Assembly (NCBI GenBank): GCA_964581775.1 | Contig: CAZOQA010000001.1 | Span: 38,646-102,645 of the forward strand | Source: an uncultured Thermoplasmatales archaeon | GTDB lineage: Archaea > Thermoplasmatota > SW-10-69-26 | Reading direction: 5' to 3' | Length of the DNA: 64,000 bases | In this document: in pieces, positions 59,176 to 64,000 of the stretch | Layout of the letters: each line of letters opens with the position of its first letter | Numbering within the stretch: the stretch's first letter is position 1 | Position numbers and translations under genes: made by a program | Notes under the pieces: generated by a model | Databases searched by the model: none | What the model was told of the DNA's origin: nothing | The model's input: the letters and a program-made list of their open reading frames with translations, nothing else

Positions 59176-61123
59176 CGAGCATCGTGGCGAGCACGGGGAC
59201 GCCGGGCGCGTCTTGTTGTTCGTCTGAGGGGGTCGGATCGGGGTCGTCGGGGGCGGTCACGTTGAAGGTTGCGTGGGCGAGGAGGGTCCCGTTGGGGGCC
59301 AACGCTTCGACGCGGTGGACGCCTTCGTCCTGGGGGGCCAGCGTGTGCGTGAACGTGCGCCATTGGCCCCCCTGGACGGGATGGTCTTGCTCGAACTGGG
59401 GGACGCCGTCGAGGTGCACGGTCACGGGCCCGTGGTAGGGAGCCTCGCCGGTGTTGTTGATCCTGGCGCCGAGGGTCACGTTCTCGGCGTCGTCGGGTTC
59501 GCGGGGCCAGATGTCGAGCGTGACGTGGGGTTCGGCGGGGCGAACGACATCGATGTCCAGGGTGGAGTCTTGCACGCGGAGGCTGTACGAGCCGCGGGGT
59601 TGGGGGTCCACGTCAGCGCTGGCTTGGACGCTTGCGCCGGCTGGGAGCGTGGCTTTGAGCGTCCCGTTTTGCGTCCCGTCGACGAGCACAGGGAGCTCGA
59701 CGGTGGTCTCGCGCGTGTCGAGGTTCGTCAAGGCGACGCGGACGGTGAAGGGTTGCTCGGCCACCACCGGGGAGGGGTCGGTGTCGAGCAGGCGGATGGC
59801 GGCCTCGCCCGGGAAGAGGCCTCCGGCGCGGGGAACGTCGGTCCCATACACGTAGCGGTCGAAGAACGCGGTCAGGGAGGTTCCTGTGACCTCGTGGATC
59901 ACGTCCTCGAGGTCTTGGTTGGTGAACCGGTCGTCGCCCCAGGCGTTTCTCCCTTGCTCGGCGGTGGCCTCGTTGGTGTGGCGGAGCACGTCGGCGAGCG
60001 TGTACTCTTGGCGGGTGGCGTCGCGGATCTCGTCGTTGAGCGCGGTCACGACGACGGCGCCTTTCTCGTACGCGGCCCGCTCGTTCCCGCTTCCGTACAC
60101 GGCCGTGCGGAGGTCGACGCCGTGCTGGGTCGTGGCTTCGTCGTGCGTTTCCTCGAGCCAGTCTAGGGCCTCCTGCCGAGTGGTGAGCCCGCTTGCGACC
60201 TCGAGCAGCTTGCCGTGGACCTCGGCGGTGCCTTCGGCCAGCCAGATGGTCGCGTCGGGGCCTCGGGAGAACTGCCAGCCTTGGTAGGCGTGCACCATCT
60301 CGTGCGCGACGATGCTCTCGTCGGCGTCCGCGTGCAGGAACACGCCGTCGGGGCTGGCTAGGCCTCCGCGGAACATGGGATCGGGGCCGACCACGATGAA
60401 GCGCTGGTGGACGACCTCGCTGTACAGGCCGGTCAGGAATTCGCGCGCGGTGAGGAGGATCTGTTCGGTGTGCTCGGCCTCTTGCGCGTGCTCGGTGCGG
60501 ACGATGCGGTAGGGGTCCTCATGGTCGCCCAGGCGGATCTCTTCGAGGTCGTCGTCTGCGACCAGGAACCCTCGGGGGATGGGGGTTCCGGTCTGGAAGG
60601 ACCGTTCGCCGCTTTCCTCCCAGGGGCCCGCCACGGTCCAGCCCTCGGGCGCGCGGACGGTGAGCGTGGTCTGGAAGGAGGGCTCGGGGGGTTGGAAGTT
60701 GTAGCGGATGCTGGGGACCATTTGACCGGCCCGGACGATGGCGAACTCCTCGCCCACGTAGCTGGTGTGACCTTCCCCTTCGAACGTCTGGGTGCTGATC
60801 TGACCGTCCGAGGTCCAGGAAGCCTTCGCATTGGGGGTGGCCTCCAGGTCCGCCACGGCCCATTGGGCTCCGGGTTCCCAGTCCCAGTCTCCCTCGAGCG
60901 TGGGTTCCCCCTGCAACCGGTCCAGGTTCCCGAACCCGAGCTGGAGCGTGGCCAGGTTGGCGCGGTCGGTGACCTCGAGCTCGATGTCCACGTTCCCTTC
61001 GCTCGGGTCGAGCACGAACTCGAGCTCGAACCGGGGCTCCTGGCTGGATGGTTGCGCCTCGGCGCTGGCTGGGAGGGCGACGAGGAGGGTTACCAGGCTG
61101 GCCACGATCAGGACCCGGCGCAC
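59138..61123 (-). CDS. Secreted M1/M61-like gluzincin metallopeptidase with CARDB-like domains and C-terminal anchor
   Basis: HEMVH, WLAEG, AYEKG; Ig-like repeats; tail APGVPVLATMLVTAITAAIRRAR. Confidence 0.85.
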   Translation of the reverse strand: MRRVLIVASLVTLLVALPASAEAQPSSQEPRFELEFVLDPSEGNVDIELEVTDRANLATLQLGFGNLDRLQGEPTLEGDWDWEPGAQWAVADLEATPNAKASWTSDGQISTQTFEGEGHTSYVGEEFAIVRAGQMVPSIRYNFQPPEPSFQTTLTVRAPEGWTVAGPWEESGERSFQTGTPIPRGFLVADDDLEEIRLGDHEDPYRIVRTEHAQEAEHTEQILLTAREFLTGLYSEVVHQRFIVVGPDPMFRGGLASPDGVFLHADADESIVAHEMVHAYQGWQFSRGPDATIWLAEGTAEVHGKLLEVASGLTTRQEALDWLEETHDEATTQHGVDLRTAVYGSGNERAAYEKGAVVVTALNDEIRDATRQEYTLADVLRHTNEATAEQGRNAWGDDRFTNQDLEDVIHEVTGTSLTAFFDRYVYGTDVPRAGGLFPGEAAIRLLDTDPSPVVAEQPFTVRVALTNLDTRETTVELPVLVDGTQNGTLKATLPAGASVQASADVDPQPRGSYSLRVQDSTLDIDVVRPAEPHVTLDIWPREPDDAENVTLGARINNTGEAPYHGPVTVHLDGVPQFEQDHPVQGGQWRTFTHTLAPQDEGVHRVEALAPNGTLLAHATFNVTAPDDPDPTPSDEQQDAPGVPVLATMLVTAITAAIRRAR

Positions 61124-61299
61124 GGTGCCCTCGACGGGCAGGCCTTTGAAAAGCGTTGTGAAGAACCCCCTACAGGCCAGGGAGGGCAGGGAGGCATCGA
61201 AGAAGCCCCGGACCGAGCCCGCAACGGACTAATAGGAGGAGTAGCATCCCGGCGCACCCTCCTTAGAGAAGGGGAGGCCCCCGTCAGGTGATCGAGGGC

Positions 61300-64000
61300 A
61301 TGACCACGGCTAGGAAACGGCTGTTCATCATCGCGCTGCTCGTCCTCACGGTCGCGGCAGGGTTCACGCTCCGCACGGCGCTGAACTACGACGCCGCCAC
61401 CCCGGAAGAGGGCGAGTTCCTGCTCTCCGGGAACGACCCGTACTACTACGCGCATGCCGTGGAACACATCGTCGAGAACTGGGAGACCCTGCACTTCGAC
61501 GAGATGATCAACTTCCCCCTAGGCTCCGTCAACCCGAACCCACCGCTGTACATGTGGAGCGTGGCCATCGGTAGCGAAGCCATCAGCCTGTTCACCAGCG
61601 ACGACACCGCGATGTGGTTGTCGATCCTGTACTCCCCGGCCTTCTGGGGGGCGCTCACCATCCTGCCAGCGTACTTCATCGGCCGCGAGTTCGCGGGCCG
61701 ATGGGGAGGGCTCTTCGCAGGGTTCCTCGTGGCCACGAGCCCCGAGCACATCAGCCGATCGAGCCTCGGGTTCAGCGTGCACGACCCGATGTTCCTGTTC
61801 CTGGCAGCCACGGGGATGTATTTCATCATCCGGGCGCTCAGGCTGGTGGGAACCCCGTCCCACCATACGAGCATCAAGAACGTCTGGAGAGACTACCCTG
61901 ATTGGTTCTCCACGCACCGAAGCGCCGCGGGCGCGGCCCTGATCGCCGGCGGGTTGTTCGGGGGCGTGGCTCTCACCTGGAAGGGCTTCCCGTACCTGTT
62001 CGCCGTCCTGTTGGCGTACGCAGGGTTGCAATTCCTGATGAACCACTGGCGCGGCAAGGACGTGGCCCGTCCCCTGTACGTGCTTGGCACCGTCGCCGTC
62101 ACCGCGCTCGTCATGGCGCTCCCCTATTACGCGGTCTTCGATCTGATCCGCTTCTGGTACCCAGGCCTTTACCTCGTCTCGGCCTTGCTCGTCATGGGCC
62201 TTTTCTTCCTCTCCGTGCAGCGCTACCCGGCCGTGCTGGTGCTACCCGGGTTGCTCGTCGTGGGTGGCGTCTTCGCGGCCATCATGTTCCTCATCTTCCC
62301 GGACATCAGCGCGGCCCTGTTGAACCGCTTCGTGTACTTCCAGGACAACCGCCTCTACCAGACGATCGCTGAGGCGCGGCCCTCGGGCGTCACGGAGCTC
62401 TCCTTCGCTGTGGGGCCGATCCCGTTCTTCCTGTACATCACCGGGTTCTTCTGGCTGGTCTACAGGATCTGGGACGCCGCACGCCCTGCAGAGGTGTTCT
62501 TCCTGGCGTGGGTGGCCGTGGACATGTTCATGGCCATCAGCGCGGTGCGATTCCTGTTCACAAGCTCCGTGACCATGGCCACGCTGGCAGCCATCACCCT
62601 GATCTGGCTGATCCGAGCCATGGATCTGCCAAGCATCGCAGAAGGCTACAAGCTGGCCGGGGGCGGATGGCGAGGCATCCGGCGCTCCACGAACCTCATG
62701 CACGTGGTCCTTGTCCTCTTCATTGGGCTTTTGATCCTGATCCCGAGCGCCGTCATCGCCGTGGACGCGGCCATCCCCTCGGATTACTCCCGCGAGAGGG
62801 CGCAGGAGGCGCAGGCGCAAGCCTTCCAAGCCGCGAACCAAGAGGCCCACGCGCAGGGCCTCTCGGACGAGGCCATCCAGGACGTCCAGCAAGCTCTCAA
62901 CCAATCCCGCAACGCGGAGGACTTCCGCAACCAGTTAAGCGACCTGCGCTTGCAGCACGGGTTCAGCCAGCAAGCCGCGGACGCGATCTTCGGCGCGGCA
63001 GAACCGCACCTGGAAACGATGGGCTGGTACACCATGCGGCTGGGTGCGTTCGGTCAAAGCTTCTTCCCTGCCAGCTGGGACTCCGCGCTGGGCTTCCTAG
63101 CCTCGCAGGATACGGACGAGGAGCCCGCGGACCGGCCCGCCGTGATGACGTGGTGGGACTACGGGCACTGGACCATCGCCGTCGGCGATCACCCCACCGT
63201 CGCGGACAACTTCCAGAACGGGTTCCGCACCGCAGGCAACTTCCTCGTCGCGCAAAACGAGACGCACGCCATCCAGATCATGGGCGCCCGGTACGCGGAA
63301 GCCCTCGACGAAGGCACGTACGTCGAAACGCTCACCGACCGCGGCATCAGCCAAGACCGCGCCGAGTTCATCCAGAGCGAGTTCCGCGCGGAGCGCTACC
63401 CGTTCATCCCGTTCTCCGAGGATCAAGACGAGAACCGAGCCATCACGACCGACTGGTACGACGAGATCGAGGAGATCCATGGGGGCGAGATCCGGTACGT
63501 CATCACCGACAACCGCATGCTCCCCATCGACAACCCCCAATCGCAGCGCATCGAGAACCCCAGCATCTTCTACGCGCCCGTCACCCTCGCCGGGGAAGAC
63601 CCCGACGATTACGTGGAGACGAGCCTCGTCGACATGACCACGGGCGAGAAGATGACCGAGCAGGAGCTCCAACAGCTGCAACGGGAGGCCCCCGCGGAGG
63701 AGATCAACGTGGGCGAGCGCCTGTTCTACAAGGCATCCTTCTTCGAGTCCATGTACTACCGGACGTTCGTGGGCGTGCCCGCAAGGGAACCCATCCAGCA
63801 GGGCGGCCAAACCTTCCCGATTCCGTTCACGATCGACGAGTACCCCGAGTTCTACAACTCTGACCGGCAGATGCTGTTCTCGCAAAGCCCGGAGGTCAGC
63901 GGGCTGGCGCTCACACAGGAGACCGCGCCAGGGTTCGGGCTCGACAACTTCCGCCTCGTCTACGGGAACAACGACGTGCGCGTTCTCGAGTATACGCCCG
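61300..64000 (+). CDS. aglB: Oligosaccharyltransferase AglB (STT3), truncated by the window end; absent from the ORF track
   Basis: AGGTGAT SD then ATG 61300; GNDPYY, many TM helices, TIAE, WWDYG at 63151-63165, DNFQ; frame open to the end. Confidence 0.94.
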   Translation, partial: MTTARKRLFIIALLVLTVAAGFTLRTALNYDAATPEEGEFLLSGNDPYYYAHAVEHIVENWETLHFDEMINFPLGSVNPNPPLYMWSVAIGSEAISLFTSDDTAMWLSILYSPAFWGALTILPAYFIGREFAGRWGGLFAGFLVATSPEHISRSSLGFSVHDPMFLFLAATGMYFIIRALRLVGTPSHHTSIKNVWRDYPDWFSTHRSAAGAALIAGGLFGGVALTWKGFPYLFAVLLAYAGLQFLMNHWRGKDVARPLYVLGTVAVTALVMALPYYAVFDLIRFWYPGLYLVSALLVMGLFFLSVQRYPAVLVLPGLLVVGGVFAAIMFLIFPDISAALLNRFVYFQDNRLYQTIAEARPSGVTELSFAVGPIPFFLYITGFFWLVYRIWDAARPAEVFFLAWVAVDMFMAISAVRFLFTSSVTMATLAAITLIWLIRAMDLPSIAEGYKLAGGGWRGIRRSTNLMHVVLVLFIGLLILIPSAVIAVDAAIPSDYSRERAQEAQAQAFQAANQEAHAQGLSDEAIQDVQQALNQSRNAEDFRNQLSDLRLQHGFSQQAADAIFGAAEPHLETMGWYTMRLGAFGQSFFPASWDSALGFLASQDTDEEPADRPAVMTWWDYGHWTIAVGDHPTVADNFQNGFRTAGNFLVAQNETHAIQIMGARYAEALDEGTYVETLTDRGISQDRAEFIQSEFRAERYPFIPFSEDQDENRAITTDWYDEIEEIHGGEIRYVITDNRMLPIDNPQSQRIENPSIFYAPVTLAGEDPDDYVETSLVDMTTGEKMTEQELQQLQREAPAEEINVGERLFYKASFFESMYYRTFVGVPAREPIQQGGQTFPIPFTIDEYPEFYNSDRQMLFSQSPEVSGLALTQETAPGFGLDNFRLVYGNNDVRVLEYTP

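Overview
A GC-rich, gene-dense 64 kb stretch of archaeal chromosome with very acidic predicted proteins, suggesting a salt-in halophile. Archaeal markers are the rpo7-spt4-DPCK-rps24e-rps27ae operon, membrane LonB, AglB, PAC2, Hef, Lhr, TrmB, NadM and intron-less tRNA-Arg(TCG) and tRNA-His(GTG). A stand-alone gyrB, a nuclease-less Hef, the AglB style and separate folB/folP/folC genes suggest a halophilic Thermoplasmatota lineage rather than Halobacteria (inference). Sod, aconitase, MgtE, the thiolase/DUF35 pair and a volactin-like actin look haloarchaeal. I saw no CRISPR, transposase, integrase or prophage. The most interesting leads are: a volactin-like actin head-to-head with a CdpA/DUF7139-like membrane protein; a small heat-shock protein with a ~200-aa Gln/Pro prion-like domain; an apparently circularly permuted Cys->Ser cupredoxin nested in a PKD lipoprotein; a compact PEPCK-like protein that seems to start at CTG; six secreted proteins sharing a non-PGF C-terminal sorting tail; and several degenerate or variant enzymes. 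All family calls come from motif recognition by eye; no searches were run.
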